Positions 25,375 through 38,218 of a stretch of 64,000 nucleotides of DNA are shown here, one piece after another. Every line of letters begins with the position of its first letter. Within the stretch, counting starts at the first letter, position 1. The position numbers and the translations under genes are program-made. The notes beneath the pieces were generated by a model, which was not told where the DNA came from, did no database searches, and was given only the letters and a program-made list of their open reading frames with translations. The DNA comes from Heterodontus francisci (taxonomy: Eukaryota), in assembly GCF_036365525.1 (NCBI RefSeq), contig NW_027140807.1, positions 868,001 to 932,000 on the forward strand, in the 5' to 3' direction.

Positions 25375-26135
25375 TCAGGTGATTCATTTTCGCAGAAGGG
25401 AGACAGAGAGGAAATACTGACTTAATGACACAGGCCTAAAGAGTGTTCAAGGACAGAGGGACCTGGGGGTTAATGTGCATAGATCTTTGAAGGTGGCAGG
25501 ACATATTGAGATAGAGGTTCACGAAGCTTATGGGATCTTGGGATTCATGAATAGAGGTATAAAGTACAAAAGCAGGGCAGTTATGCTCAACATATATGAG
25601 GTTTTGGTTAGGCCCCAACTTGAGCATTGAGCCCGGTTCTGGTCACCACACTTTGGGAAGGATGTAAGGTCCTTGAGAGGGTGCAGAGGCGATCTACCGG
25701 GATGGTTCCAGGGATGAGAGATTTTAGCTACATGGTTAGTTTGGTGAAGCTGGGGTTGTTCTCCTTGGAGCATAGGAAATTGAGGGGAGATTTGACAGAA
25801 GTGTACAAAATGAAGAGAGGTTGCGGAAAATAGACAAAGAAAATCTGTTCCCATGAGCTGTTGGATACAAGGACTGGGGGACACAGATGTAAGGTTTTGC
25901 GGAAGAGATACAGGGGCGATGTGAGGCATATTTTGTTGACACAGCGCGTTGTAATGATGTGGAACTCACTGCCTACCTGGATGCTGGAAGCAGAGAGAAT
26001 GAATGATTTCAAAATGTAATTGGATGGGAACTTGGAGAGAAATAAACTTGCTTGGGGCATGGGACTAATTGGATTGCTGTACAGAGAGCTCACACGGACT
26101 CGAAGGGCCGAACGTGCTCCTCCTCTGCTGTTCTG
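25375..26135 (+). mobile_element. Degenerate CR1 3' fragment (copies ~31878-32390, ~54390-55150)
   Basis: QRDLGVNVHRSLKVA, LERVQRR, LGLFSLE remnants. Confidence 0.8.
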
Positions 26136-26646
26136 ACTCTGCCCTCCTCGCATTCCTGTTCACATATGCCATTGCTAATAGAATATTTTAGAATTCGCTG
26201 ACAGATCTGCAATCGACTCCCAGAATAACTGTGGTTTATTTTAAATCGATGGCTCTGATCACACGTTTGAATTTGTTATTTTATTCAGCAACTCCTGCTC
26301 TGGGCTCCCCTGCACCAACTAATACCTGATCACACCGTGGACCCTACTCAGCCCATTGAATGAAATAGAAGTAATTCCACTCATGCCCCACAATTGTTTT
26401 GTGGAACGAGGATCTGAGCGAGTTAACAACACTTCAATCTCAGATGACCGTGGACTGGAAGCTCAACAGTTGAAGCAATCCCCTGCCATGATAACTCACT
26501 TCCTCTCCCTTACTTTCAGGCTTGCAATATCCGTGACGCCATTTCCAGTCGATATGTTGCACCTTTTCCCCCATGTCTTCAACAAGAGGCGCCACATTCT
26601 TCCCACCTCTCCTGCTGCCAGACCCCATCTTGGCTACCTCACCAAG

Positions 26647-27452
26647 ATGGAATTCAAACTCCTGCTCTGGGCCTTTTCATTGCTGATGCCGCGTAAGTAA
26701 CTTCAGAATGCTATTATTGTTTCATTTAACCTGAGTTTCTTTAAGAAATACACTTAATGATCCGTATGTAATATCGTTCATTGATGTTGTCATTGTCCCC
26801 TTCATATAGAAACAGACATTGAGTTACTTTGCACTGATATTTGCTTCTATAACCGGTGCATGATCTGCCAGACAGGACCTCACTCTTATTCTTAGAAAAC
26901 TGGAATAAATTACATTTAAAACTAAATTGAGATGAGAAAAGTTGGGGAATGAACTCATTGCATAGCTTTTTCAAAGAGCTAGCACAGGCCTGCTGGGATG
27001 AACGGCCTCCTTCACATGTTGGATGATTGTCTGAGCTCATATTCGATCAGAAAATGCACTGGGATGCACTGCAGACTTTTCCTGATGTGGCTGCGTTAAC
27101 TGAATCTTGGACCCTTTCCTTTGTTCCCCCCTTCCCACTACCCTAGATTGTTGTCGATGTGCCTCAGTGTCCCAGACACCCAGTGAACTGACTGTGGGAC
27201 ATGGGGAGAGCGCAACACTGACCTGTCAGCAGAAGGACACGGAGCACATCACCATGCTCTGGTACCGCCAGCACCACGGGCAAGGCCCCCAGCTTCTGGT
27301 GACGGACGTGTCTGGGAGCAAGCCTACTTTCCAGGAAGAGTTCGAGAGGCGATTCGAGGTGGTGAGAGCTGACATTCAAAGGAGCACTCTGAAAATTCAG
27401 ACTGCAGGCCCCGGAGATAGGGCGATGTATTACTGCGCCGCCACTGAAGGAG
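26647..27452 (+). CDS. TRBV: TCR beta V family C (leader 26647-26692, V exon 27147-27452)
   Basis: MEFKLLLWAFSLLMP leader, Cys, WYRQ, YYCAA. Confidence 0.9.
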
Positions 27453-27491
27453 CACAATGCTTCAAACCCCTTCCACACTATGACAATAACC
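27453..27491 (+). other. 23-RSS
   Basis: CACAATG-23bp-ACAATAACC. Confidence 0.9.
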
Positions 27492-27904
27492 ACTCAGGTT
27501 CATTGCTACAGCTATCCTCTTCTGTTCATCTCCTCGCCGTCTCGGGGTCTGACTTTGTCTGGTTGCCTTTGCGAGTCTACATCTGTATCTTTCAGCTGCC
27601 AACCAGCTCTTATAGAGATAAATAGATGGCTCGGTAGCCTGAAAGACAGAGATATAAACAGACCAATGGATAGATACATCTTAGTATCTTAGAATATCAT
27701 CCTGTAACATTTGAATCCATCAGAAATATTACACAATATTGATCATCTGGTTAACAATTGAAATCAAAATATTGCCAGTTGTCATCGACATTCATAATCG
27801 CTGAATTGTTACAGCGCAGGAGGAGGACATTCGGCCCATCGTGTCTGCACTGGCTCTCCGAAAGAGCAATGGGTTTCACTGGGAAAGTAACAAACACAGC
27901 TTGT

Positions 27905-27938
27905 TGCAGTTGCACAATGCTGCCACTGGTCGGCGCTA
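27905..27938 (+). promoter_or_regulatory. Candidate CTCF site with upstream module
   Basis: TGCAGT-12bp-CCACTGGTCGGCGCTA; core has 3 mismatches. Confidence 0.4.
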
Positions 27939-28523
27939 TGGCTCCACGGTATTTCGCGCCACCACAGCCTTTGGCGCCGCTGATCAATGAGCCAATTCCT
28001 CTGCTTCTGCAATCTTTCCACTTTCAATGCTAAATGCAGTTAGATTTCCACTTTACAGTGATGTTACATGAACCGCCTCCACTGCCATCGAACTATCCAC
28101 CTTCTCTTCCTCCACTACTGATTTTAATTTGCAAAAGGATGTTAATAATCCCCTGTTCTGCACCGCTACCTCTGGAGACACCCAAAGCAGCTCTCGTTGC
28201 ACCGCCCCTTGTATTTTCACCCACCTTCTCCAACACAGTTCCCCACGCCTCGGCATGAAAGCAATCTCACAAAGGGAAGAGAGTGAAGATATTTGCAGAG
28301 GAGTGGAAAGTGGGGTGGAAGGAGGAACATGGAGAGAAGAAAAAAGTGGAAAGGGGCGGAAGGAAGCAAACGAAAGAATGGGGGACAACTTAAAGTTAGG
28401 GGCAGGGCTCATTGCCTTGAGATAACTTCCTCTTATGACGATCCGCTCTGCCGACACCTCATCTCTCTCCCTCCCTTAAAACCCAGAGTAACCAGCAGAA
28501 AGTCTCTCAGATCCACCGCAAAC

Positions 28524-29257
28524 ATGCCTTTCAGTTTCATCGTCTTTGTTATTTCCCTTCTGGGGCTGAGTAGGTTAAAATTCTGTCCCAATCACTCTTC
28601 TACATTTGATCAACTGAAAGGGATGATTAATGATCTCAATAAAACTCAGCGGTGGTGACTTGTTAAATCAGTAATCGATTATTTCATACAAGACAGTGAA
28701 CTCATTAATCTGTCCCCTAGTTCGGGAAGACAAGTGTTATTAATATGATGTTAACTCTTTAATGTTTGCACCCACTTGCAAACTTGTGGATTCCACAATT
28801 CTATTTTACATTTGTAAAGATCCAGGTTCTTGTAGGAAATTAGGACACAGACCGAATTTCCGTCGTTAATTCGGTGCAACACCGACGCCCATCGTCGCAA
28901 TTGTAACTCCATCGATACTAGTTCATTCCCTCTAATTTCTCTTTCTAGGTGTTTGCCGGGGTGATGTGATACATCAATGGCCTCAGTCACTGGCTGTTAA
29001 ACAACCAGGACCCGTGGAAATGAACTGTCTGCAGGAAGGAACCGTTCGCAATAACATGTACTGGCATCGTCAGTCCCCCAGCAGAGGATTCCTGTTAATC
29101 GGGTCTAACTTTCGAAGCAATGAACCTCAGTATGAAGATGGATTTAAGAGCGGGTTTGTTATTACCAGCACTCTGGACAATAAGAAATCCACTCTGACGA
29201 TCGAGAGTGTGAACGCCACGGACGAGGCGGTGTATTTCTGTGCAGCTGGTGATGGGA
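28524..29257 (+). CDS. TRBV: TCR beta V family D (leader 28524-28569, V exon 28949-29257); open frame, defective heptamer
   Basis: MPFSFIVFVISLLGL leader, IHQWP, Cys, WHRQ, YFCAAG. Confidence 0.87.
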
Positions 29258-29296
29258 CTCAGCGGTTCAGAGTCATTGGACGCCTTGACAAAAACC
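29258..29296 (+). other. 23-RSS with CAC->CTC heptamer mutation
   Basis: CTCAGCG-23bp-ACAAAAACC. Confidence 0.85.
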
Positions 29297-32200
29297 CTCA
29301 CACGTCTCCCTTCAAACGGGTGCATTTAACCCAGCATTCGGTGAAGAGCAGCCTGGCTGATCGGATGTGGAACTGCATCTGTTCAGTGCCCGTTCGAGTG
29401 GCAGAACGCCCATGTTCTAACTCCCCACAACCTCCAGACAGGCAACACACACTCTTGGTGCCCACAACTGAATAATGGCTCATAGAAATACAATTCAACA
29501 CGTACCTCAGATAGACCACACCTGGAGCACTGTGCACAATTCTCAGCTTTATATACTTTGCTTAGACGATGCCTGAAGTGCTGAGGACAGTTCAGACTTA
29601 CAAATACATTACTTAGAGCGCTTCTGGAGCCCTGTGTACAGTTCAGGTCTCCATCGACCTTGGTTGGACCAAATCCGCGGTGCTGTGTAGAGTGCCCTAC
29701 CTGCTGAGTGGTTCCAGCATTTCTTGTTTTTATTTCAGATTTCCAGCATCCGCAGTATTTTGCTTTTATTATAGTGCTGTGTAGAGTTCTGGTCTCCACA
29801 TTACACTGAGAGGTCCGAGCAGAAGTGCAAAAACGATTTACAAGAATGATACCAGAGCACAAAGGTTATAACTATCAGGAAAGATTGAAAAGTCTGGGAT
29901 TCTTTTCCCCAGTCAAGAGAAGGCTGAGGGGTGACCTGATAGAGGTGTTCAAGATTATGAAGGAATATGATAGGGTAGAGGTGAGAAGATGTCTGCACTT
30001 GTAGGGAAGGTCATGAATACATCATACTCACTAATAACTCCAAGAAATGAATTTACACAGAGTGGTGAGAATGTGGAATTCACTAGCACACAGAAATAAA
30101 TGATGTGTATAACCAGATATATGTAAATGGATGCTGGATAAAAACATTAGGGAGCAGGAAATAGCACCTCATACTGATAGGGCTGGATGAAGACATTGTT
30201 TATGTTCTTTCATCGGATGTGGGAATAAAATGTGAGAATAAGCTAACCAGCAATATAAAAACAGATGGTCGGAGCTTTTACATAAAAAGCAAGAGAGTAG
30301 CTGAAGCTGACGTTGGTCCCTTAGAGGTAAAGACAGGAGAAATCACCATGGGGAATGGGGAAATGGCAGGGGTATTGAACTCATATTTTGTGCCTGTCTT
30401 CACAGTTGAAGACACAAGTTCCATCCCAGAAATAGGCAGTTATCTGGGGCCTAAAAAGAGTGAGGAAATTAAGGATATTCATATCAATTGAGAAAAAGTT
30501 TTGGAGAAACTTGAGGGATTAAAATCTGACAAGTCCCCTGGAACAGATGGATTATATACCAGAGTTCTAAAAGAGATAGCTGCAGAGAGAGTGGGGGCGC
30601 TGGCTATGATTTTCCAGAATTCCTTAGATTCAGGAATGGTCCCATCGGATTGAAAGCTGACAAATGTTACACGGCTTTTCAAGAAATGAGGCAGTGAGAA
30701 ATCTCAGGATAAGGGATCAATCATTCCGGACTGAGATGAGGAGAAATTGCTTCACTCAAAGGGTTGTGAAACTTTGGAATTCTCTACCCCAGAGTGTTGT
30801 GGATGCTCCTTCATTGAATACATTTAAGGATGGGATTTTTGATCCCTCAGGAAATCAAAGGATATGGGGAGTAGGCAGGAAAGTGGAATTGAAGCCCAAG
30901 ATCAGCCATGATTGTATTGAATGACGGAGCAAGCTCGATGGGATATATGGTCTACACCTGCTCCAATTTCTTGTGTTCTGTGGGTCTGGAGTCACATGCA
31001 GGCTTGACCAGGTAAGGACGGCGGATTTCCTTCCCTAAAAGACATGAGTGAGCCAGCTGGGTGTCAGGTCACCTGAAGAGAGACTAGCTTTCAATTGCAG
31101 ATATTCTGATGAAATAATTGTATTTATTCATTAATTGTATTTAATTTCCACCATCTGACCTGGTGGGATTCGAACGCATGTCCCCTGGAGATTCACTCCA
31201 GCCTCTGGATTATCAGCTCAGTGACATGACAACGACACCACCATCTGCTCCAGGCTAGTCTGGAACATGGTCCCATCGGGCCGAATAGCCTGAATCTGTG
31301 CTGCATCTTCTATCTAATTCGATGTCACCAGTGTCACCAACTGAAGCAATGGATAAAAAATGGGAAGACGGAGCAATTTCAAAGCATGTCTTCATAATGC
31401 CTATTTGATCAATTGCACTTTGCAAAGCTCAGGTGCATGTAGTTACACATTATAGCCACGAGATGGGGATGGAGCTCCACCGCAGCCTGAGTACCACTTG
31501 CTTCTGTCAAGACTGAGCGAGCAATGCAGCAGTGACTTGACCAATCTACCGAATAGTCAATTCCACTAACTCTGAAACAGATTCAAATCATAACCATTCC
31601 ACACAAAATAGACAACTGGATTTCCCCAAGTCTGCTAGTTCATAGTGACTGGTTTGAGCAACACTTGTGACATACTGAAACAGATGATCTGAAGGAAGTA
31701 AAGAGGGGAAGCAAAGTCAGAAAACAGTGAAAGAAAAATGGAGAAGGAGGCATTTTAAATAAAAAACACATATTCAGGGATGTGCACATCACTGACAAGG
31801 CCAGCATTCATTACCTATGCCGAATTGCCCTTAACTGAATGACTTGCTAGCCCATTTCAGAGGCAGTTAACAGTGTTATCAGGTGATACATTTTGGCAGA
31901 AGGGAGACAGAGAGGAAATACTGACTTAATGACATAGGCCTCAAGAGTGTTCAAGGACAGAGAGACCTGGGGGTTAATGTGCATAGATCTTTGAAGGTGG
32001 CAGGACATATTGAGAGAGAGGTTCACAAAGCTTATGGGATCTCGAGATTTATAAATATAGGTGTAAAGTACAAAAGCAGGGAGATTGAGCTCAACATATA
32101 TGAGGTTCTGGTTCGGCCCCAACTTGAGTATTGAGTCCAGTTCTGGTCACCACACTTTGGGAAGGATGTAGGGTCCTTGAGAGGGTGGAAAGGAGATTTA

Positions 32201-32840
32201 CTGGAATGGTTCCAGGGATGAGAGATTTTAGCTACATGGTTAGTTTGGTGAAGCTGGGGTTGTTCTCCTTGGAGCAAAGGAAATTGAGGGGAGATTTGAC
32301 AGAAGTGCGCAAAATGAAGAGAGGTTTAGATAAAGTAGACAAAGAAAAACTGTTCCCATTAGCTGATTGTACAAAGACTAGGGGACGAAGAGGATAGGAA
32401 TAAAACAGAGAATAAAAGCTGAGAAAAACTGAAATCCGATAGGGAGTTGAGGTGAATTCTTTACCCAAAATACAGAATTCAATGCCAGCAAAACTGCTAA
32501 GACAAAGGCAGGAACAGGAAGGGGCCATTTAGGCCCGCAATTCTGTACCACCATTCAATGAGATCATGGCTGATCAGTGATCTAACTCCATATTCCCGCC
32601 TTTGTCCCATATCCCTTAATATATTTTGGATCACAAAAACCTATCCATCTCCGATTTCAAATTAACAATTGATTCAGCATCAATTTCCGTTAGCAGAAGA
32701 GAGTTCAAACCTCTCCACCCATTGTGTGTAAAAGTGTCTCCTAATTTCACTCCTGAAAGGTCTGGCTCTAAATTTTAGTCTTTGCCTCTTAGTCCTAGAT
32801 TCCCAAACCAGCGGTAATAGTTTCTCTCTATCTACTCCCA

Positions 32841-32964
32841 AAGACTAAATAAATACGACTTCAAACTGGAGACCTCCAGCCTGCGGGAGAATCACTCGGC
32901 CGTGTATTTCTGTGCCTGGAGAGATCACAGTGACTCAGAGAGATGGAGCAGTTCAACAAAAACA
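32841..32964 (+). pseudogene. TRBV: 3' relic of a family-E V segment with intact 23-RSS (32926-32964)
   Basis: FKLETSSLRENHSAVYFCAWRD then CACAGTG-23bp-ACAAAAACA; 5' part replaced by repeat DNA. Confidence 0.88.
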
Positions 32965-33359
32965 TCAAAGGCAGCAGGAAACACCTGTTACAGATAAAAT
33001 TGCTCGGTACCTTGACCTACCATTCCCTTATGCAGAGTGAAAGTGTTTATTACAATAAAAAGAGTTGAGTTATGATTGTAGTGACACACTAGATTTACAG
33101 GTACTGCCGAGGGTGCAATGAACGATTAATAAGGATGTCACGAGATTTCAGAATGTAATTATCAGGAATCAATGACAATAATCTGGGTATTCACACACTG
33201 ACCCTGTGTTTACCTTCTCCACAGGGACAGCAGAGGGGGATCCAGGACCATAGACCGGACAATGGCTTTGAGAAGTATTTAGTGAGAAAACTAATAGAGC
33301 AGGAGATCATGTAGATCCAGCTTGATAGACATCAACAGGACAAGGACACCCACTCCTTT

Positions 33360-33890
33360 AGAGAGAGACAGAGAGTGTATGTGTGTGAAAGAGAGAGCGA
33401 GATCCAGTGAGAGAGAGGAAAAACGACAGGTAGAGTTAAAGAGACTGAGACAGAGAGGGAGACAGAGATAGAGGCAAAGACAGTGAGACAGCAAGAGACA
33501 CATAATGAGAGAGAGAGAGAGAGACACTGAGAGAGAGACGGAGAGAAAGAGAGACTGAGCTAAAGAGCCTGCAACAGATAGGAAGATAGATCAAGAGAGA
33601 GACAGAAACAGGGAAATAAACTGAAGAGATAACAAGAGTAAGAGAGAGGGAGAGTCAGAGAGAAGGAGGGAATGGGAGACATAACCTCAGATACATGAGG
33701 AGACAGAGAGTCAGAGAGAAAAAGTGAGCGAAGATAGACTGAGATAGAATGGGAGAGAGAGCCTGAGAAAGGAAGAGAGTGGGAGACATAAACCTAGACA
33801 CATGAGGGGAGAGAGAGAGAGAGACAGAGAGAGAGTGCAAGAGAGCGGAAGGTAAACTGAGATAGAGATAGATAGAGAGAGAGAGAAGCA
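33360..33890. repeat. GA-rich low-complexity tract
   Basis: Direct observation. Confidence 0.85.
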
Positions 33891-34075
33891 GAATGGCAGC
33901 CAATTCAATTCTGATTTGTTGAACTGGGTGAATGGGCGTCTCCAACATTGTATCACATCCTAATGCTCTTCATGTTCCTCCCAATGATTTGAAAAGAGTG
34001 GATTTGGACCGTTACAAGACTCGAAGCTCCTGATCTCACTCCTGTGTCTATTAAGACAACAGGTTATAGTGAAAG

Positions 34076-34528
34076 ATGTATCAGTTACTGGGTCTGATAA
34101 TCCTGTTTCATTGTGAGTGAGTGTGAAATGCAAAAACTATTGTTAATAACTTTCCTCTCTTCTCCCTGTCTCCCTTTCATTCCCAGAAGTTTCCTGTTTA
34201 CTGATCTGCTCTTCTCTCCATCTCTCTCCCAGATGTGAACTCACAGACTATCCACCAGACTCCCGCCGCTGTCTCCAGATTGCGTGGAGAGGCAGTGGAA
34301 CTGAGGTGCACAGTGGAGGGCACCAGTACTGCTAGAATGTACTGGTACAGACAATACCCGGGGAAGGAGCCACTGTTGATGTTTTACTCCACTACTGCTA
34401 ACTATGTGGATCCAGAGGGGATGGTGGGCGGTTTCACCGCCGAGAGACCAACTGACTCCCAGTTCAACCTGGAGTCCTCCAGCCTGCGGGAGAATCACTC
34501 GGCCGTGTATTTCTGTGCCTGGAGTCCT
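34076..34528 (+). CDS. TRBV: TCR beta V family E #1, TRBV30-like (leader 34076-34112, V exon 34233-34528)
   Basis: MYQLLGLIILFH leader; SQTIHQ..CTVEGTS..WYRQ..FYS..YFCAWS. Confidence 0.92.
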
Positions 34529-34567
34529 CACAGTGACTCAGAGAGATGGAGCAGTTCAACAAAAACC
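34529..34567 (+). other. 23-RSS (consensus)
   Basis: CACAGTG-23bp-ACAAAAACC. Confidence 0.97.
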
Positions 34568-34844
34568 CCAAAGGCAACAGGAAACACATGTTTCAGATAA
34601 ACCCAGACGGTGCTGCATCCTGCTGGATGCTTTTGTCATTGGGAACATGTTTTTCACAAGAAGACAGGGCGGATTTAAAGAGAAAGAGATTAGATTTAGA
34701 GACAGTGGAAAATTGCGAGATAGAATTTCGAGGAATGAAACCGATATTGAGAAGTTATCGCGATCAAAGTAGTCTGAACCAGAGAAGAGAAGACTGAAGG
34801 ATAAACCTTTAGTGTTCTTAGAGAGATTCTGAAAGGGTTTAATG

Positions 34845-35611
34845 NNNNNNNNNNNNNNNNNNNNNNNNNNNNNNNNNNNNNNNNNNNNNNNNNNNNNNNN
34901 NNNNNNNNNNNNNNNNNNNNNNNNNNNNNNNNNNNNNNNNNNNNNNNNNNNNNNNNNNNNNNNNNNNNNNNNNNNNNNNNNNNNNNNNNNNNNNNNNNNN
35001 NNNNNNNNNNNNNNNNNNNNNNNNNNNNNNNNNNNNNNNNNNNNNNNNNNNNNNNNNNNNNNNNNNNNNNNNNNNNNNNNNNNNNNNNNNNNNNNNNNNN
35101 NNNNNNNNNNNNNNNNNNNNNNNNNNNNNNNNNNNNNNNNNNNNNNNNNNNNNNNNNNNNNNNNNNNNNNNNNNNNNNNNNNNNNNNAGATAGATAGGTA
35201 GNNNNNNNNNNNNNNNNNNNNNNNNNNNNNNNNNNNNNNNNNNNNNNNNNNNNNNNNNNNNNNNNNNNNNNNNNNNNNNNNNNNNNNNNNNNNNNNNNNN
35301 NNNNNNNNNNNNNNNNNNNNNNNNNNNNNNNNNNNNNNNNNNNNNNNNNNNNNNNNNNNNNNNNNNNNNNNNNNNNNNNNNNNNNNNNNNNNNNNNNNNN
35401 NNNNNNNNNNNNNNNNNNNNNNNNNNNNNNNNNNNNNNNNNNNNNNNNNNNNNNNNNNNNNNNNNNNNNNNNNNNNNNNNNNNNNNNNNNNNNNNNNNNN
35501 NNNNNNNNNNNNNNNNNNNNNNNNNNNNNNNNNNNNNNNNNNNNNNNNNNNNNNNNNNNNNNNNNNNNNNNNNNNNNNNNNNNNNNNNNNNNNNNNNNNN
35601 NNNNNNNNNNN
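34845..35611. other. Assembly gap/masked N runs (34845-35187, 35202-35611)
   Basis: N runs adjoining GATA repeats. Confidence 0.98.
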
Positions 35612-35704
35612 AGGTAGATCGATCGGAAGAGAGATAGATAGGTAAATAGATATACAGACACTGTTGTGGTTTATTCACTGACAGTGTTGTCTTTCTCCAA
35701 AGGG

Positions 35705-35720
35705 ACAGCAGAGGGCGGTG
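35705..35720 (+). promoter_or_regulatory. Candidate CTCF site 3' of family-E V (variants at 376-391, 33227-33242, 38534-38549)
   Basis: ACAGCAGAGGGCGGTG. Confidence 0.5.
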
Positions 35721-37141
35721 TAGGACCGTGATAAGTATCAGATTATTGATGATGTTTCAATAGGGACTTTGAAACTTGTCTATGAACCGCTCCTGATAAT
35801 TAAATAACTACATCCCTGTTACAGACTGGTGAACTGAACACAAGGTACCGCAGATGCTGGATGGTTTAGGTTCTGGGCGCTAAGTCACTATATTGGTGCT
35901 CGTTGCATTTCTGTGTTATAAATAAATAAGGATGGAAATGTTAATCAGATCAGACAGCCTCTGTGGAGGGAGAAAAACATTAGCATATCAGGTCGTAGAT
36001 CTTTCAACAGAACTGGAAGGATTTAGAGATCTATTAAGTTTTAAGCAGCACAAAGTCAGAGAGAGGGGGAATGGGAGAAATGCAAAAGAGATTTAATAAC
36101 AAAACTGAGGCTGGTGCAAGACAAAATGGATGTTAATGGGTCAAGTAAAGAACAAACGATGGGTCCAGAAGAGGCAGAACTGGCAGAAACACAATCATTA
36201 CCAACAAGCCTCTGTCCAAATAAACCGGAGCAGTGGTTATGATCAGAAATGGTTAAATTGGCTGTTGAGTCCAGAAAGCTGTAAAGTGTCCGATTGAAAG
36301 ATGAGGGGCTGTTCTTCGAGTTTCTGTTGAGCTTCACTGGAGCAGAGGAGGAGGTCGAGGACAGAGAGGTCAGGGTGGGAGTGGGAATGGGAATTAAAAG
36401 TGTCCACTAACCAGAATCTCAGGGTCACTCTTGCTGCCTGAATGCAGGATGTTCCACAATGCTGTCACCTTGGTGCTGTATTTGGTCTCTGCAGCTGGTC
36501 CCACTCCCCCTGCCCTTTCTAAATAACACTGCACATTTTCCCTTCAGATAATTATCCAAATTTCCTTTTGAAAGCCACGATTGAACCTGCCTCCCCCGCA
36601 CTCTCAGGTAGTGCATTCCAGATCCTCACCACTCACTGTGTCAAAACGTTTCCTCAGTTCACCTTTGGATCTTTTGCCAATTACCTTCAGTAAGTGCCCT
36701 CTGGTTATCAATACATCCGCCCATGAAACACAGAGACAGAGAGGGTGAATCAGGGAGACATAGAGAGGAAAAACTCAACGTAAAAGAACGGGACAGAGGG
36801 AGACAGAGAGAGAAATACACACACACACACACACACACACAGATACAGAGAGAGAAAGAGATTGAAAGAGTGGGAGACATAAAGCTCGATACATGCAGAG
36901 AGAGAGAGTGAGGAACAATGATTAAGAAAGAGAGAGGAAGGCGGATTGAGATCGATAGAGAGAGACATTGACAAACTACTCCACTCTGACTTGTTTACCT
37001 GGGCGTCACCATCTGTGCATCACTTCCTAATGCTCTTCCTTTTCCTCCCAATGATTTGTAAAGAGTGGGTTGGTTATTAACAACACTCATCACTCCTGCT
37101 CTCTCCCCTTTGCTGATTCAGAGGGCAGCTTAAAGTAAAAG

Positions 37142-37618
37142 ATGTATCTGTTACTGACTCTGATCACCCTGTTTCACCGTAAGGCATTTTATTGAAACAA
37201 TAATTATACTTAACATTTCTTTCGTTTTATTTTTCTTTGATTTTCTCTCTCTCTCCTCTTTCTCCCCACTGGACTGAATGTCCCTGTTTATTGATCTCCT
37301 CCTCTCCCTGTCTCTTTCCCAGATGTGAACTCACAGACTATGCACCAGACTCCCGCCGCTGTCTCCAAATTTTCTGGGGAGCAGGTGAAGCTGAAATGCA
37401 CCGTGCAGGGCACAAGTAACCCTGACATGTTTTGGTACAGACAATACCCGGGGAAGGAGCCGCAGCTGATGTTTTGCTCCCGAAGTGTACAAAGTGTGAA
37501 CTCAGAGGGGACGGTGGAGGGTTTCACCGCCGAGAGACCGAGTAACTCCGAGTTCCACCTCGAGTCCTCCAGCCTGTGGGAGAATCACTCGGCCGTGTAT
37601 TTCTGTGCCTGGAGACAT
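37142..37618 (+). CDS. TRBV: TCR beta V family E #2, TRBV30-like (leader 37142-37178, V exon 37323-37618)
   Basis: CTVQGTSNPDMFWYRQ, YFCAWR; extra Cys in LMFCS. Confidence 0.9.
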
Positions 37619-37657
37619 CACAGTGACCCAGAGAGATGGAGCAGTTCAACAAAAACC
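37619..37657 (+). other. 23-RSS (consensus)
   Basis: CACAGTG-23bp-ACAAAAACC. Confidence 0.97.
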
Positions 37658-37986
37658 CCAAAGGCAGCAGGAAACACCTGTTTCAGATAAAACCAGGCGG
37701 TGCTGCATCCTGTAGGGTGATTTCATCATTGGGTACATGTTCTTCACAAGAAGTCAGCGCGGATTTAAAGAGAAAGTGACAGGTTAGATTTCGAAGCACC
37801 GGGGAATTGCGAACTGGACTTTACGGGAACACAGAGTTTAAAGCGAACATGATAGTTTGAATATCGGGGTCTCTTTGCTCCAGAAAAGGGAAGACTGAAG
37901 GGTAAACCTTCAGCGGTCTTAGAGAGATTGTTAAAGATTTTAATATGTGAAGTGAAGATCAGAAACAACAGCGAGAGAGACAGAGA

Positions 37987-38218
37987 NNNNNNNNNNNNNN
38001 NNNNNNNNNNNNNNNNNNNNNNNNNNNNNNNNNNNNNNNNNNNNNNNNNNNNNNNNNNNNNNNNNNNNNNNNNNNNNNNNNNNNNNNNNNNNNNNNNNNN
38101 NNNNNNNNNNNNNNNNNNNNNNNNNNNNNNNNNNNNNNNNNNNNNNNNNNNNNNNNNNNNNNNNNNNNNNNNNNNNNNNNNNNNNNNNNNNNNNNNNNNN
38201 NNNNNNNNNNNNNNNNNN
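37987..38218. other. Assembly gap/masked N run
   Basis: N run. Confidence 0.98.

Noticed and set aside
34696-35678. ORFs containing X runs
   Set aside because: They span N gaps.
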